From assembly GCA_902799285.1 (NCBI GenBank), contig CADCAA010000003.1:38215-102214 (forward strand): a stretch of 64,000 nt of DNA. The letters run 5' to 3'. The translations under genes were made by a program, and so were the position numbers. The notes under the pieces are model-generated. The model was not told the origin of the DNA. It saw only the letters and a list, made by a program, of their open reading frames with translations, and ran no database searches. Position 1 is the stretch's first letter, and each line of letters starts with the position of its first letter. This DNA is from an uncultured Pseudomonadota bacterium. GTDB lineage: Bacteria > Pseudomonadota > Alphaproteobacteria > Rs-D84. Positions 1-10,076 of the stretch are shown here, one piece after another.

Positions 1-860
1 AACCCAACCAATTCAGACCCCATCACCGTGCCCAAATTTTCCGAATTTGCAAAAATCTTTTCATACGCCTTCACGCGACTTTCTGCCAAAATATAAACAT
101 GCCCATCATCGTGACGCATACGAACATAGCGCATATTATTGTTCACCGCCAATGCAGAATTCGCAGGCAAAGTCCATGGTGTTGTTGTCCATGCAATTGC
201 CCTGTCCCCGTTTTCTAATTCGAACCAAACCGTCACAGTATCATCAACAACATCTTGATATTCTGATGAAGCCTCGGAATTAGATAACACGGTTCCCAAT
301 TTCCAATCGTATGGGTTTACCTTGAAATCTTTGTATAACAAACCTTTGTCATACATTTGTTTCAAACCCCAAATCACAGATTCCATAAAGTTTTTATCCA
401 TTGTGCGATAGCCAAGGGTTTCACCACCATCAACCCAACGACCAATGCGTTCGAAATAACGCAACCATTCGTTAGAAAAGGTCATTACATCATTTTTACA
501 CAAATCGCAAAAGTGCGCCATACCATCCGTCGCCACAATATCTTTGGCACTGCGTCCTTGCTTTTTTTCAACCGAAGCCTCTGCCGGCAAACCATGGCAA
601 TCCCAGCCCAACGCGCGTTCAACATATTCCCCGCGCATAGTATGATAACGACACACCATATCTTTGACCGCAGACACACCCAAATGTCCCCAGTGTGGCA
701 ACCCATTGGCAAACGGTGGGCCATCATAAAAACTAAACGGATGTCCCAACTTTGTTTTGTTTAATGATTTATGAAACGTGTCATCCGTCCGCCAAAAATC
801 CATAACGGAATGTTCCAGATTTGCAAAGTTCGCTTTTGGTTCTGTTTTTGGGTATGCCAT
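1..860 (-). CDS. ileS: Isoleucyl-tRNA synthetase, type 2 (N-terminal ~286 aa; remainder lies beyond the left edge)
   Basis: Manual minus-strand translation from the ATG at 858-860 gives MAYPKTEPKANFANLEHSVMDFW...YDGPPFANGLPHWGHL...TTTPWTLPAN, which are class I aaRS/IleRS motifs. It is absent from the ORF track because it runs off the window. Confidence 0.85.
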   Translation of the reverse strand, partial: MAYPKTEPKANFANLEHSVMDFWRTDDTFHKSLNKTKLGHPFSFYDGPPFANGLPHWGHLGVSAVKDMVCRYHTMRGEYVERALGWDCHGLPAEASVEKKQGRSAKDIVATDGMAHFCDLCKNDVMTFSNEWLRYFERIGRWVDGGETLGYRTMDKNFMESVIWGLKQMYDKGLLYKDFKVNPYDWKLGTVLSNSEASSEYQDVVDDTVTVWFELENGDRAIAWTTTPWTLPANSALAVNNNMRYVRMRHDDGHVYILAESRVKAYEKIFANSENLGTVMGSELVG

Positions 861-1050
861 ATTTTATCCTTACATTTTTTACATTAAAAAAAGGCGCCCA
901 CGCGCCCCAGCCACCGCCAAAGCGCAGTGAGGGTCTATTTAATAATAATTATACCTTTTTTGTTCATGATTGGCATTTTAATATATGTTTATGGCGATTT
1001 CCAGTTTTTTTTATTATTTTATAAAAAATTGACATGTACAGGGGAACAAA

Positions 1051-1332
1051 ATGCCAAAACAAAAAAATCATAATTTTGGAAATTTCTTGGTGGCATCAAC
1101 GGCCGCATCGTTCACATTTGTAATTGCGTTTGTTTGCTGTTGGGCTATTCCGGTGCACAGCGCATTTGCCGCCGCATCAGAACGCAAGAATAACAAAAAC
1201 AATTTTGTTGATGCATATATCAACGAGTATAACAAATCTTTGTATAAATTGGCACAGAAACCGGTTAATACATATTCAAAATATTGGGATTTGGCCGACA
1301 TCCATCGCCAAAAATACGCCCACCAGAAATAA
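1051..1332 (+). CDS. Small hypothetical protein with N-terminal hydrophobic/signal-like segment
   Basis: 93-aa ORF with an AG-rich stretch upstream and a predicted TM/signal at residues 10-35. No recognisable family. Confidence 0.3.
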   Translation: MPKQKNHNFGNFLVASTAASFTFVIAFVCCWAIPVHSAFAAASERKNNKNNFVDAYINEYNKSLYKLAQKPVNTYSKYWDLADIHRQKYAHQK

Positions 1333-1386
1333 AAAACATACAATACTTGAAAAACAAAAAGTCATAGTTTATACTATGCCCCGAAC

Positions 1387-1462
1387 GCCGGAATAGCTCA
1401 GCTGGTAGAGCATCTCATTCGTAATGAGGGGGTCGCAGGTTCAAGTCCTGTTTCCGGCACCA
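1387..1462 (+). tRNA. tRNA-Thr (anticodon CGT)
   Basis: Cloverleaf read by hand: acceptor GCCGGAA/TTCCGGC, D arm GCTCAGCTGGTAGAGC, anticodon loop TTCGTAA, T arm GCAGGTTCAAGTCCTGT, 3' ACCA. Confidence 0.85.
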
Positions 1463-1474
1463 CGAAAAATTGTT

Positions 1475-1618
1475 GGCCCACACTTTTTGTGTGGGCTTAA
1501 AATTTTTCAGTGCCGCGGCGTAGCATTATCTATAATTATGCAGGGTGTTTCGTGTTTGTCGGCGAAGACGGGCTTTTTTATATCTGGCCCACACTTTTTG
1601 TGTGGGCTTAAAATTTTT
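1475..1618 (+). repeat. Two copies of a 33-nt hairpin unit (GGCCCACACTTTTTGTGTGGGCTTAAAATTTTT) at 1475-1507 and 1586-1618, flanking a ~78-nt spacer
   Basis: Exact direct repeat. Each copy is an 8-bp GC-rich stem with a T5 loop followed by a T-rich tract, i.e. intrinsic-terminator-like. The first follows tRNA-Thr and the second abuts the mnmG stop. Confidence 0.7.
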
Positions 1619-3266
1619 ATTTTGTCGATTTAATCTTTCTTAATACAACCATAATGCCGGCGGGGGTCATACCCGGTATACGCGACAATGCGGCGATATT
1701 TTCAGGCCGCGTTTTGTTTAACTTTTCAATCAATTCATTGGTTAATCCCGGCAATCCGTTATAATCCATATCAATCGGTATTTTCATTTCCATATCGCGC
1801 ATAACACCGGCCATTTCACGTTCGTTGCGTGCAATATATCCGGCATACATTTTATCATTTTCCGCAATTTCAGATTCATGAATTGCAAACAATTTTTCAA
1901 AATCTGTGTTTGATATCAATCCCAATTCAACACCAATTTTTCCAAGACGTGCAACGGCATTATCCGCGCGCAAATTCAACCGATATTCCGCACGCGAAGT
2001 AAACATACGATACGGTTCATCAACCCCCAGTGTTGTGATGTCATCAATCAATACACCAATCATAGAATTTATTCGATTTAATAACAGCGGCGCCGAACCC
2101 AAAGCATACGCTGCGGCATTTGCGCCCGCAACCAATCCTTGGGCGGCGGCTTCTTCGTATCCAGATGTGCCGTTGATTTGTCCCGCAAAGAATACGCCAT
2201 CAATATCTTTGGATTCCAATGTGGATTTTAATTTACGTGCATCAATCGCATCGTATTCAATCGCATAGCCGAAACGCGCAATACGCGCGTTTTCCAACCC
2301 CGGAATCGTGCGAATCCATTTGTCTTGGACATCGGCCCCGAAACTGGTTGAAATTCCATTTGGATAAATTAAATCACTATTTAACCCTTCGGGTTCCAGG
2401 AACACATGATGGGAATTATGTTCCGGGAATCGCATAACTTTATCTTCTAAACTGGGGCAATAGCGCGGGCCGGTACCAACAATATCGCCATTATACATTG
2501 GCGCAGATTTAATATTATCGCGAATAATTTGATGCGTTGTTTCCGTTGTATGTGTGATATAGCATTTTGCATCATAATTATTATTTTCATCACCAAACAT
2601 AAACCAATCGTGCGGATTGTCGCCGGGCTGTGGCTCTAAGCCTGAAAAATCAATAGAATCACGATATATACGCGCAGGTGTTCCGGTCTTTAACCGCATT
2701 AAATCAAATCCATTGTCCCGCAATACTGTTGATATATATGTGTCATTTTCTTGGTAATTTCCATCGTCCATCAGTCGCCCAGACGGAATTTTTTCCGCCC
2801 CGCGTGTCACCAATCCACCTAAAAAAGTCCCCGTTGTTAAAATAATTGCGCGCGCGCTATACGCATTGTTTACGGTCTTTTTTACTAAATCCAGATTTTC
2901 AACTTTTTCAAATCGAATTGTTAAAAATTTTGTGTCCGTCAAAATTTTCATAACCGCATTATGATACAAATCGCGGTCGATTTGCGCACGCAGTGCACGC
3001 GTCGCCGCGCCATGTGTCGCATTCAGTGTGCGAAAATGAATCCCGGCCATATCCGCTGACGCCGGCATCACACCCGCAAAGGCCGCCATTTCCGCAACCA
3101 TTTGCGATTTGCCCGGACCACCAATCGATGGATTGCAAGACATCGCGCCAATGTCACTTTCCCGCATGGTCAGCAAAAGTGTCCGCGCCCCACGGCGCGC
3201 AGATGCCGCCGCGGCCTCAACGCCGGCGTGTCCCCCACCAATAACAATCACATCAAATTCTTGCAT
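1617..3266 (-). CDS. mnmG: tRNA uridine-5-carboxymethylaminomethyl modification enzyme MnmG (GidA)
   Basis: N-terminal FAD motif [11 protein letters not shown], then TGTPARI and GPRYCPS motifs, and a C-terminal ...[17 protein letters not shown]. The 549-aa ORF is a compact version. Confidence 0.9.
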   Translation of the reverse strand: MQEFDVIVIGGGHAGVEAAAASARRGARTLLLTMRESDIGAMSCNPSIGGPGKSQMVAEMAAFAGVMPASADMAGIHFRTLNATHGAATRALRAQIDRDLYHNAVMKILTDTKFLTIRFEKVENLDLVKKTVNNAYSARAIILTTGTFLGGLVTRGAEKIPSGRLMDDGNYQENDTYISTVLRDNGFDLMRLKTGTPARIYRDSIDFSGLEPQPGDNPHDWFMFGDENNNYDAKCYITHTTETTHQIIRDNIKSAPMYNGDIVGTGPRYCPSLEDKVMRFPEHNSHHVFLEPEGLNSDLIYPNGISTSFGADVQDKWIRTIPGLENARIARFGYAIEYDAIDARKLKSTLESKDIDGVFFAGQINGTSGYEEAAAQGLVAGANAAAYALGSAPLLLNRINSMIGVLIDDITTLGVDEPYRMFTSRAEYRLNLRADNAVARLGKIGVELGLISNTDFEKLFAIHESEIAENDKMYAGYIARNEREMAGVMRDMEMKIPIDMDYNGLPGLTNELIEKLNKTRPENIAALSRIPGMTPAGIMVVLRKIKSTK

Positions 3267-3268
3267 TA

Positions 3269-3997
3269 TTAAAATCTACCCATACCACCGTTGACATGAA
3301 TTGTTTGTCCGTTTATATAAGATGCTTCATCACTTGCTAAAAACACACACGCGTTTGCAATATCAACCGGTTTGCCAAATCGTCCCGCAGGGATTTGTTC
3401 CAAATATTTTTTCTTTAATTCATCACTCAAAACATCTGTCATTGGTGTTTCAATAAATCCTGGCGCAATTGCATTCGCAGTAATACCGCGGGATGCAACC
3501 TCGGCTGCGATTGATTTTGTCATCGCAATTAACCCACCCTTTGATGCGGCATAGTTCGCCTGACCGGCACCGCCAACAACACCAACGATGGATGCCATAT
3601 TTATAATGCGTCCCCATTTTTGTTTCATCATTGGCATAATTGCCGCACGACATGTCTTGAACGCCGCCCGCAGATTTGTGTTTATAACATTATCGAATTG
3701 TTCATCACTCATCCGCATAAGTAATGTATCCGCAGTGATTCCGGCATTGTTTATCAAAACATCCAATCGGCCACATTTGTCAATTGTATTCATAACCAAT
3801 TCAACGCCCGCGCCATCCGCCGCCAAATCACATGGCATTTTGATGAATGAATCATCAAATTCAGAATTTAATTTGGCAACATTACGCCCGGATACAACAA
3901 CAGTCGCCCCCGCATCGTGCATTTGTTTTGCAATTGCACCGCCAATACCCCCCGTTGCACCAGTTATCAAAACAACTTTGCCTTTCAAATCAAACAT
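3269..3997 (-). CDS. fabG: 3-oxoacyl-ACP reductase FabG
   Basis: SDR motifs TGATGGIG and NAG...YAASK, and an overall FabG-like sequence. Confidence 0.9.
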   Translation of the reverse strand: MFDLKGKVVLITGATGGIGGAIAKQMHDAGATVVVSGRNVAKLNSEFDDSFIKMPCDLAADGAGVELVMNTIDKCGRLDVLINNAGITADTLLMRMSDEQFDNVINTNLRAAFKTCRAAIMPMMKQKWGRIINMASIVGVVGGAGQANYAASKGGLIAMTKSIAAEVASRGITANAIAPGFIETPMTDVLSDELKKKYLEQIPAGRFGKPVDIANACVFLASDEASYINGQTIHVNGGMGRF

Positions 3998-3998
3998 T

Positions 3999-4640
3999 TT
4001 AATCCCCCATTTCTTTTTGGTTTATGAATTGACCAATGCGTTGCAAGGTCTGTTTGCCCAAATCCCGTTGGATTTTTTCTTTTATAAATTTTTCGTGCTC
4101 TTTCTTTGAAATTGTTGGATAAATATTGCAAATAAACTTGCTGTCTTTATCCAGTAATTTAATATAAATATATTGCTCGTTCGCTTTTTGTTGTGCTTTT
4201 AATTTTGCGTCATCCAACGATTGTTTCGGGCCACAAATCAAAGTCAATGCCTTTGCCAAAATCATTGGGTCAATGTCGTGCCGCGGATTATGATCAATAA
4301 CTTTTATATCCACATCATCATCAACATGTTTTTTTTGAACTTTTGTTTTTGATTTCACAGCCACAGGATTATTAATTAATTCAGTGCATATAACCTCGAT
4401 ATTTTTTCTGATTCCATTAACAACCACAACGCGTTTGAATTTTTTGGATACAGCCTTGGCCACGGTCCGCACATTATAATAATTCATCCAAGTATACGGT
4501 ATAAAATCAATTTTTTGTGCAAAATCATTTGGAACAACAATCTTGCAAACTAATACATTATTCTGGGCGATTTCAAACACAGTCGAATTTTTATCAACCG
4601 ATTTTTGATAGTATTTTATATTATTTGTACTACGTGCCAT
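3999..4640 (-). CDS. Hypothetical Lys-rich protein inserted between fabD and fabG
   Basis: 213-aa ORF packed tightly against both neighbours (1-3 nt gaps). No recognisable motif. Confidence 0.5.
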   Translation of the reverse strand: MARSTNNIKYYQKSVDKNSTVFEIAQNNVLVCKIVVPNDFAQKIDFIPYTWMNYYNVRTVAKAVSKKFKRVVVVNGIRKNIEVICTELINNPVAVKSKTKVQKKHVDDDVDIKVIDHNPRHDIDPMILAKALTLICGPKQSLDDAKLKAQQKANEQYIYIKLLDKDSKFICNIYPTISKKEHEKFIKEKIQRDLGKQTLQRIGQFINQKEMGD

Positions 4641-4643
4641 AAC

Positions 4644-5519
4644 TTAAACCTCTAACTTTTTCACCGCAATTTTATCAGTCGTACGTGTAATTAACCCAGA
4701 CAACACATTACCCGGCCCGATTTCAATTGCATCTGTAATACCCAAATTTACCATTTCCAAAACACTTTCGCGCCACCGGACACCATGTGTCATTTGATAA
4801 ACCAACGCATCGCGAATGTCGTTTGGATTTTCAATAACAGTGCATGTTTTATTTGAAATCCATTTTGCACGCGGTTTTGTAATATTTGTTTTTTCCAAAA
4901 TGTCGCGCATGGCTTTCATCGCGGGTTCTTGGACGCGACAATGTACCGGTGCAGACAAAGCAAGAGGCATAACGCGTTTTGCGCCGGCATTTTTTAGTTT
5001 TTCACTTGCCGCATCGACATTTTCTTTTAATCCGGAAATAACAACCTGACCTGGGCAATTATCATTTGCCATATCGCAACCGCAATTTTCACAAATATCA
5101 CGTACGGTATCCGCATCCAATCCCAAAACCACAGAAACCAATCCCGCACCAACGGGAACCGCCGCCTGCATCGCATTTCCGCGTGCACGCAATAATTTTG
5201 CGGTGTCCGATAAACTGATGGCACCCGCCACACATAATGCCGTATATTCGCCCAAACTGTGTCCGGCAACATAATCCGCCAATGGCAAGTTTGATGCACG
5301 ATACATCGCAACAGATGTCGCCATAATTGCCGGTTGCACATTACGCGTTAATGTTAATTCCTCCATCGGGCCATTAAAAATAATATCGGACAACTTTTCA
5401 CCCAACGCCGCATCAACCTCGTCAAACACAGCCTTGGCTTTTGCATTGTTTTTATATAAATCGGCACCCATCCCAACAACCTGGGCGCCCTGACCTGGAA
5501 ATACAAATATTGATGACAT
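4644..5519 (-). CDS. fabD: Malonyl-CoA:ACP transacylase FabD
   Basis: FVFPGQGAQ and the GHSLGEY active-site motif. Confidence 0.9.
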   Translation of the reverse strand: MSSIFVFPGQGAQVVGMGADLYKNNAKAKAVFDEVDAALGEKLSDIIFNGPMEELTLTRNVQPAIMATSVAMYRASNLPLADYVAGHSLGEYTALCVAGAISLSDTAKLLRARGNAMQAAVPVGAGLVSVVLGLDADTVRDICENCGCDMANDNCPGQVVISGLKENVDAASEKLKNAGAKRVMPLALSAPVHCRVQEPAMKAMRDILEKTNITKPRAKWISNKTCTVIENPNDIRDALVYQMTHGVRWRESVLEMVNLGITDAIEIGPGNVLSGLITRTTDKIAVKKLEV

Positions 5520-5525
5520 AATCCC

Positions 5526-6122
5526 CTATCCTTCGTAAACGTTTTCTTTTGTTTTTGCCAATAATGCAATCAATTCTTTTGGTGTTTTGTTTTTACTGTT
5601 CACCTTTGGCCAAATTTGATTTAATTTTTTATCCACAACAATATCTTTATCTGTCAATGGACGCGCCATCAATGGCCGTTTATCCAAAGGCGCATCAGGC
5701 AAGAAAGAACCATTATATTCCCATGGCCCTGTGAAAAATATAGGCATATTGATGTTAAATTGTGCCATATTTTTGAAATGCACTTCCTGACATGGTTGTG
5801 TGCCGCGGCTAAAATTATCTAACAAATATTGTTGTAAATCCGCCAAGTATGGCACTTTGTCGGCAACAATAAATTTGAAACTGTCGGTTATTATATCTTC
5901 ACCATTTACGGGCTTTAAATGACAATAATTTTCTGTTCGAAAAGATACCTTGCGCATCAAATGAAAAGCACACGGAACCTTTCTGACAAGTCCGATACAA
6001 TCAATCATATGTTGTATTTGGGCAAAATGTGAACCACTGTCACCAGAAACGGTTTCTTTATACTTATATTCCACCGGTTCTATTATTTCCAGAACAAAAC
6101 GCACATCTGATATAATTTTCAT
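5526..6122 (-). CDS. Hypothetical protein, tandem paralog 1
   Basis: 198 aa. Its C-terminal half aligns with the neighbouring ORF, and the two share the identical decapeptide RPLTDKDIVV. Confidence 0.6.
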   Translation of the reverse strand: MKIISDVRFVLEIIEPVEYKYKETVSGDSGSHFAQIQHMIDCIGLVRKVPCAFHLMRKVSFRTENYCHLKPVNGEDIITDSFKFIVADKVPYLADLQQYLLDNFSRGTQPCQEVHFKNMAQFNINMPIFFTGPWEYNGSFLPDAPLDKRPLMARPLTDKDIVVDKKLNQIWPKVNSKNKTPKELIALLAKTKENVYEG

Positions 6123-6135
6123 TATCTGTCCTTTT

Positions 6136-6693
6136 TTAGTAAATCGTTTCTTTGGTTTTTAAAAATTTCAGCATTTCAAATGGCATTTGGTCATACTTTG
6201 TTGGCCAAATTTGATGCAGACAGTTTTTATTAACAACAATATCTTTGTCTGTTAATGGACGGCATTCAATATAGCGACGCGTATATGTGGTCCTGTCCCC
6301 GGTATTTGGATTTATTTGCCCCAGTTCTTCAATTTCGCGAACGCCAGAAAAATATACAGGTTTATTGCCGGGTAAATTTAATTCATCAAAATTAAATATG
6401 TTATTGTATTTATGTTCCAAAAATTTACGAACCTCATTCGGATATGTCAATTTATCCGCAACAATAACAGTTAAATCTTGGCTATCTATATCAATTATTA
6501 TCGGTTTTTTATCTGTTATTTGTGTATATTTTATAATCTGGACCGTACGGGTTAAAACCAGTTCAAAAGATTCCGCGTTCAAAGAATTGCGTACAATATC
6601 AAACAATGCGCCACAATCAGGCAATAGGCCCTTTTGACAGACAGCACCCTTTCTTATATTATACTTAAAAACAACATCTGATGTAAAAAGCAT
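6136..6693 (-). CDS. Hypothetical protein, tandem paralog 2
   Basis: 185 aa, paralogous to 5526-6122 (shared FIVADK/VIVADK and RPLTDKDIVV[DN]K..L.QIWP). Confidence 0.6.
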   Translation of the reverse strand: MLFTSDVVFKYNIRKGAVCQKGLLPDCGALFDIVRNSLNAESFELVLTRTVQIIKYTQITDKKPIIIDIDSQDLTVIVADKLTYPNEVRKFLEHKYNNIFNFDELNLPGNKPVYFSGVREIEELGQINPNTGDRTTYTRRYIECRPLTDKDIVVNKNCLHQIWPTKYDQMPFEMLKFLKTKETIY

Positions 6694-6753
6694 ATTTCAA
6701 ACCCCGGGTTTTTATCAAAATTATAGAAAAAATACACAGAAAATCAAATACAA

Positions 6754-7293
6754 TCATTTACGTAATGAAAATTCACAACCACAGTATTTTTGCCGATAAA
6801 AGTCCACTGCGCGATTGATGGCAACACGTAAATCTTCGTCCCATTTAATTGGAATATATTTGATTTCATCACACACAGATTCCGCCGCGCTATCAACCTG
6901 GGCCTGGTCTTTGAATCGCGACACACCAAACACAGATGCAATTGCGTTATAGCCGTTTTCTAGTGCAAATTTACGGGCAAACGCAAAACGAAACGCAAAA
7001 CATTTACTGCAACGTGCGCCGCGTTCGGGCTCGTTCTCTAACCCGCGCACGCATTCGCGCCACGCATCATGGTTATAATCACCAACGGCATATTTTACGC
7101 CCAAAGATTCACAGTATTTAATTTGTTCATCCAATCTTTTTTGATATTCGGTATCGGGATAAATATTTGGGTTATAAAATAAGACAATAAAATCATCAAC
7201 GCCCGGAATTTGTCCATCCGCCAATTGCCGTATCGCGCCCGCAGAACACGGCGCACAACAAGACATCAAAACCAAACGAACCCCATCGGTCAT
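6754..7293 (-). CDS. queH: Epoxyqueuosine reductase QueH (DUF208 family)
   Basis: Cys motifs CCAPCS and CSKCF, ~180 aa, DUF208-like. Confidence 0.65.
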   Translation of the reverse strand: MTDGVRLVLMSCCAPCSAGAIRQLADGQIPGVDDFIVLFYNPNIYPDTEYQKRLDEQIKYCESLGVKYAVGDYNHDAWRECVRGLENEPERGARCSKCFAFRFAFARKFALENGYNAIASVFGVSRFKDQAQVDSAAESVCDEIKYIPIKWDEDLRVAINRAVDFYRQKYCGCEFSLRK

Positions 7294-7637
7294 TATTTTT
7301 GATTTTCCCCAAAGAAAGCAAGAATATTGGCAGGAATCTTGCCGTTTTTTGTAAAGTTTTCATCGACCTTGGTACATAATGAACCGCAACCAATTCTATC
7401 AATTTTCAAACATGCGCGGCGTTTGTTTACAATTTGCGAACCATTGTGTTTCTGCATATCCAAGCATTGTGTGTATTTATATACACGAACCTTTTGCCAT
7501 TTTTTATCTGTGCATTTATTAATGATTTCAGCCAATTCTTCGGCTGTGCCATCAAAGCCTGTAATACACAAATCTTTTTCTTTATCAGTCTTTACACGAA
7601 TAGAATAATATTGTTCAGTAATATGTCTATTGCTCAT
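7293..7637 (-). CDS. Hypothetical Cys-containing small protein
   Basis: 114-aa ORF overlapping the queH start by 1 nt. No family recognised. Confidence 0.4.
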   Translation of the reverse strand: MSNRHITEQYYSIRVKTDKEKDLCITGFDGTAEELAEIINKCTDKKWQKVRVYKYTQCLDMQKHNGSQIVNKRRACLKIDRIGCGSLCTKVDENFTKNGKIPANILAFFGENQK

Positions 7638-7640
7638 AAC

Positions 7641-9632
7641 CTACCCTTTATATTCATCACCAATTTTATAATTTTCATCCAATTCAATAATTTGTTTTGA
7701 ATCGCTACCCACGCCTAATTCTGCGGCACTGCACATCATACCATTTGATTTGACGCCACCAACATTACGCACAGATAATGGTTTGGTTTGTCCCGGTAAT
7801 ACGCATCCAACCGGCGCAAATACACCAATTAAACCAACCCGAACATTTGGCGCACCACATACAACCTGTAATTTATCGGCACCCGTATCGACGGTCAAAA
7901 TATGCAAATCATCACGATTTGGGTGATTTTTAACACTTGCTATTTTCGCAACAATCGGCATAACTGCGGCCGGTTCAGGCGAATATTTTTCATTTATTTC
8001 GGCCACGCGTGCATCGTCAATCCGTTCGAATAAATTTTCAGGTACAACAAATCCTTCACCATCCGCAATTCTGCGTTCAAAAGTTTTCGGCCAAGACAAA
8101 TCATGTTTACCGGCAAAAATCTTTTGCATTTTGGCGGCCGCATCCGGTATAAACGGTGCCGACACACGTGCAAACACATCAATCAGTTGAAAACAGTTAT
8201 TCAATACATCGGCGGCCTCATCCATTTTACCTTCTTTGACCAATGCCCAAGGCGCGGTTTCCGTCATATATTCATTTGCAATACCATAAATTTCACGCAA
8301 TGCCGCAACAGATTTACGGAATTCGCACGCATCCAACGCCGCCGTCAACTCATCCAATTTATTGTTTATCTTTTTATCCAAATCTGAACTTTGAACTTTG
8401 AACTTTGAACTTTGTTTTGGCACCGCCAAACCAAAGTTTTTCGCCGATAATTTGCATACGCGTGAAACAAAATTTCCCAACAGTCCGTTCAAATCTTTAT
8501 TCACAATTTCTGCAAATCTTTGGACAGTAAAATCGGTGTCATCTGTTTCCGGCGCCGATGCCAACAAAGCATACCGCCATGTGTCCGCCGGGGCAATCGT
8601 CAACGCATCATCCAAAAACACACCGTTGCCACGCGATTTAGAAATCTTGTCGCCATTAAAATTCATAAAGTTAAACGCCTTTAACACATCGACGGTTTTC
8701 CATCCATCGTCCATCGCCAACTCTTGCGCTGGGAAAAACACAGAATGGAACGACACATTATCCTTGCCCATAAATTCGACATATTTGCAATCCGGATTTT
8801 TCCACCAAGACGCCCAATCATCACGCGCCGCCTGGGAAATCGAAACATATCCCCACGGTGCATCAAACCAAACATAGAAAACTTTACCCTCAAATCCGGG
8901 TTTATTCACCGGAATTCCCCACTTTAAATCACGGGTAATTGGATTATCGCGCAGCCCTTCGTCCAACCATTTATTTGCGATTGCAATCGCTGTGCGCGGC
9001 CACCCAGTGCGCGAATCAATCCACGCACGCAGTTTATCTTGGACCTGACTCAGCCTAAAATAAATATGCTTTGTTTCGCGCATTTCGACCGGCGAAGTCG
9101 GATCCACCGCACTGTGCGGATTGATTAATTCGTCCGGGTCCAGCGACGTGCCACATTTGTCGCATTCGTTTCCATACGCACGCTCGAACCCGCATTTTGG
9201 ACATGTTCCAATAACATACCGGTCGGCCAAGAATTTCTTTTCATTGACCGAATATGGTTGCATTGACGATTTTTCATAAACCATCCCCAATTCATCCAGA
9301 CGCGTGAACAATTCATGAATTAACTTTTCGTGTAATTTTGTATGCGTGCGCCCATATAAATCAAAAGACAAATTAAAATCCCGCACGGCATCCAAATGCT
9401 TTGCACGATATTTTTCGACATAATCTTCGATTGGCATATTTTCGCGCTGTGCGCCAACCTCACTTGGTGTTCCATGTTCATCGGACCCACCAATATATAA
9501 CACATCACGCCCCATGGCACGACAGAAACGCGCATAGACATCAGATGGCAATAAACAGCCAATTAAATGCCCAATATGTAAAACATTGTTCACATACGGT
9601 AAAGCAGAAGTAATCAAATATTTCTGTGCCAT
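7641..9632 (-). CDS. metG: Methionyl-tRNA synthetase with C-terminal tRNA-binding (EMAP-like) domain
   Basis: HIGH-type motif (NVLHIGHLIG), KMSKS-type (KISKS), a zinc knuckle CPKCG...CDKCG, and a C-terminal ...VVCGAPN...GMMCSAAELG. Confidence 0.95.
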   Translation of the reverse strand: MAQKYLITSALPYVNNVLHIGHLIGCLLPSDVYARFCRAMGRDVLYIGGSDEHGTPSEVGAQRENMPIEDYVEKYRAKHLDAVRDFNLSFDLYGRTHTKLHEKLIHELFTRLDELGMVYEKSSMQPYSVNEKKFLADRYVIGTCPKCGFERAYGNECDKCGTSLDPDELINPHSAVDPTSPVEMRETKHIYFRLSQVQDKLRAWIDSRTGWPRTAIAIANKWLDEGLRDNPITRDLKWGIPVNKPGFEGKVFYVWFDAPWGYVSISQAARDDWASWWKNPDCKYVEFMGKDNVSFHSVFFPAQELAMDDGWKTVDVLKAFNFMNFNGDKISKSRGNGVFLDDALTIAPADTWRYALLASAPETDDTDFTVQRFAEIVNKDLNGLLGNFVSRVCKLSAKNFGLAVPKQSSKFKVQSSDLDKKINNKLDELTAALDACEFRKSVAALREIYGIANEYMTETAPWALVKEGKMDEAADVLNNCFQLIDVFARVSAPFIPDAAAKMQKIFAGKHDLSWPKTFERRIADGEGFVVPENLFERIDDARVAEINEKYSPEPAAVMPIVAKIASVKNHPNRDDLHILTVDTGADKLQVVCGAPNVRVGLIGVFAPVGCVLPGQTKPLSVRNVGGVKSNGMMCSAAELGVGSDSKQIIELDENYKIGDEYKG
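8385..8412. repeat. (TGAACTT)x4 heptamer tract inside the metG coding sequence
   Basis: Four perfect heptamers. They are read through in frame by metG as ...QSSKFKVQSS.... Confidence 0.8.
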
Positions 9633-9654
9633 GCGTATCCCCTGTTATAACAAA

Positions 9655-9690
9655 ACAAAAAAGACCACCAACTTTGGCGGTCTTTCTGAA
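9655..9690 (-). terminator. Intrinsic terminator downstream of tRNA-Val(GAC)
   Basis: Minus-strand hairpin AAGACCGCCAAAGTTGGTGGTCTT followed by a T tract. Confidence 0.6.
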
Positions 9691-9694
9691 ACGG

Positions 9695-9771
9695 TGGTGG
9701 GTGGTATTGGGCTCGAACCAACGACCTCCACGATGTCAACGTGACGCTCTAGCCAACTGAGCTAACCACCC
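9695..9771 (-). tRNA. tRNA-Val (anticodon GAC)
   Basis: The reverse complement folds as a cloverleaf: acceptor GGGTGGT/ACCACCC, anticodon loop TTGACAT, TTCGAGC T-loop, CCA present. Confidence 0.85.
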
Positions 9772-9809
9772 AAAGCGAAGTGTATTATAACAGCAAAATC
9801 CCTGATTGC

Positions 9810-9843
9810 AAATAAAAAATCGCCCGGGAATCCCCCGGGCAAT
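9810..9843 (-). terminator. Intrinsic terminator downstream of tRNA-Val(TAC)
   Basis: Hairpin GCCCGGG-AATCC-CCCGGGC followed by a T run on the minus strand. Confidence 0.55.
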
Positions 9844-9861
9844 TTACAAACAACCAAACGA

Positions 9862-9938
9862 TGGTGGATGTTAAGGGACTCGAACCCCTGACCCTCTGCG
9901 TGTAAAGCAGATGCTCTAGCCAACTGAGCTAAACATCC
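9862..9938 (-). tRNA. tRNA-Val (anticodon TAC)
   Basis: Reverse complement: acceptor GGATGTT/AACATCC, anticodon loop TTTACAC, GGTTCGAGTCC T-arm, CCA. Confidence 0.85.
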
Positions 9939-10076
9939 AACAAAGGTATTTTGATTATAGATTAAAAATTCCGGTTGTCCATATTTTTTTGTGCCCGGCA
10001 ATCACCGGCATTTTCCGCCCCAAATCCGATTCATTTTAATACGATTTTATCGCGGCCCTGTGCAAGCAGGGACGGA

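Noticed and set aside
1617-3266. MnmG possibly truncated (549 aa versus ~620 aa typical)
   Set aside because: Both conserved termini and all central motifs are present in one frame. The shortening is distributed over loop regions, so it is a compact ortholog rather than a fragment.
8385-8412. The (TGAACTT)4 tract in metG as a frameshifting insertion
   Set aside because: MetRS reads through it in frame, with the catalytic, anticodon-binding and C-terminal tRNA-binding domains all intact downstream.
9762-10001. 79-aa minus-strand ORF
   Set aside because: It overlaps both tRNA-Val genes and their terminators, so it is spurious.
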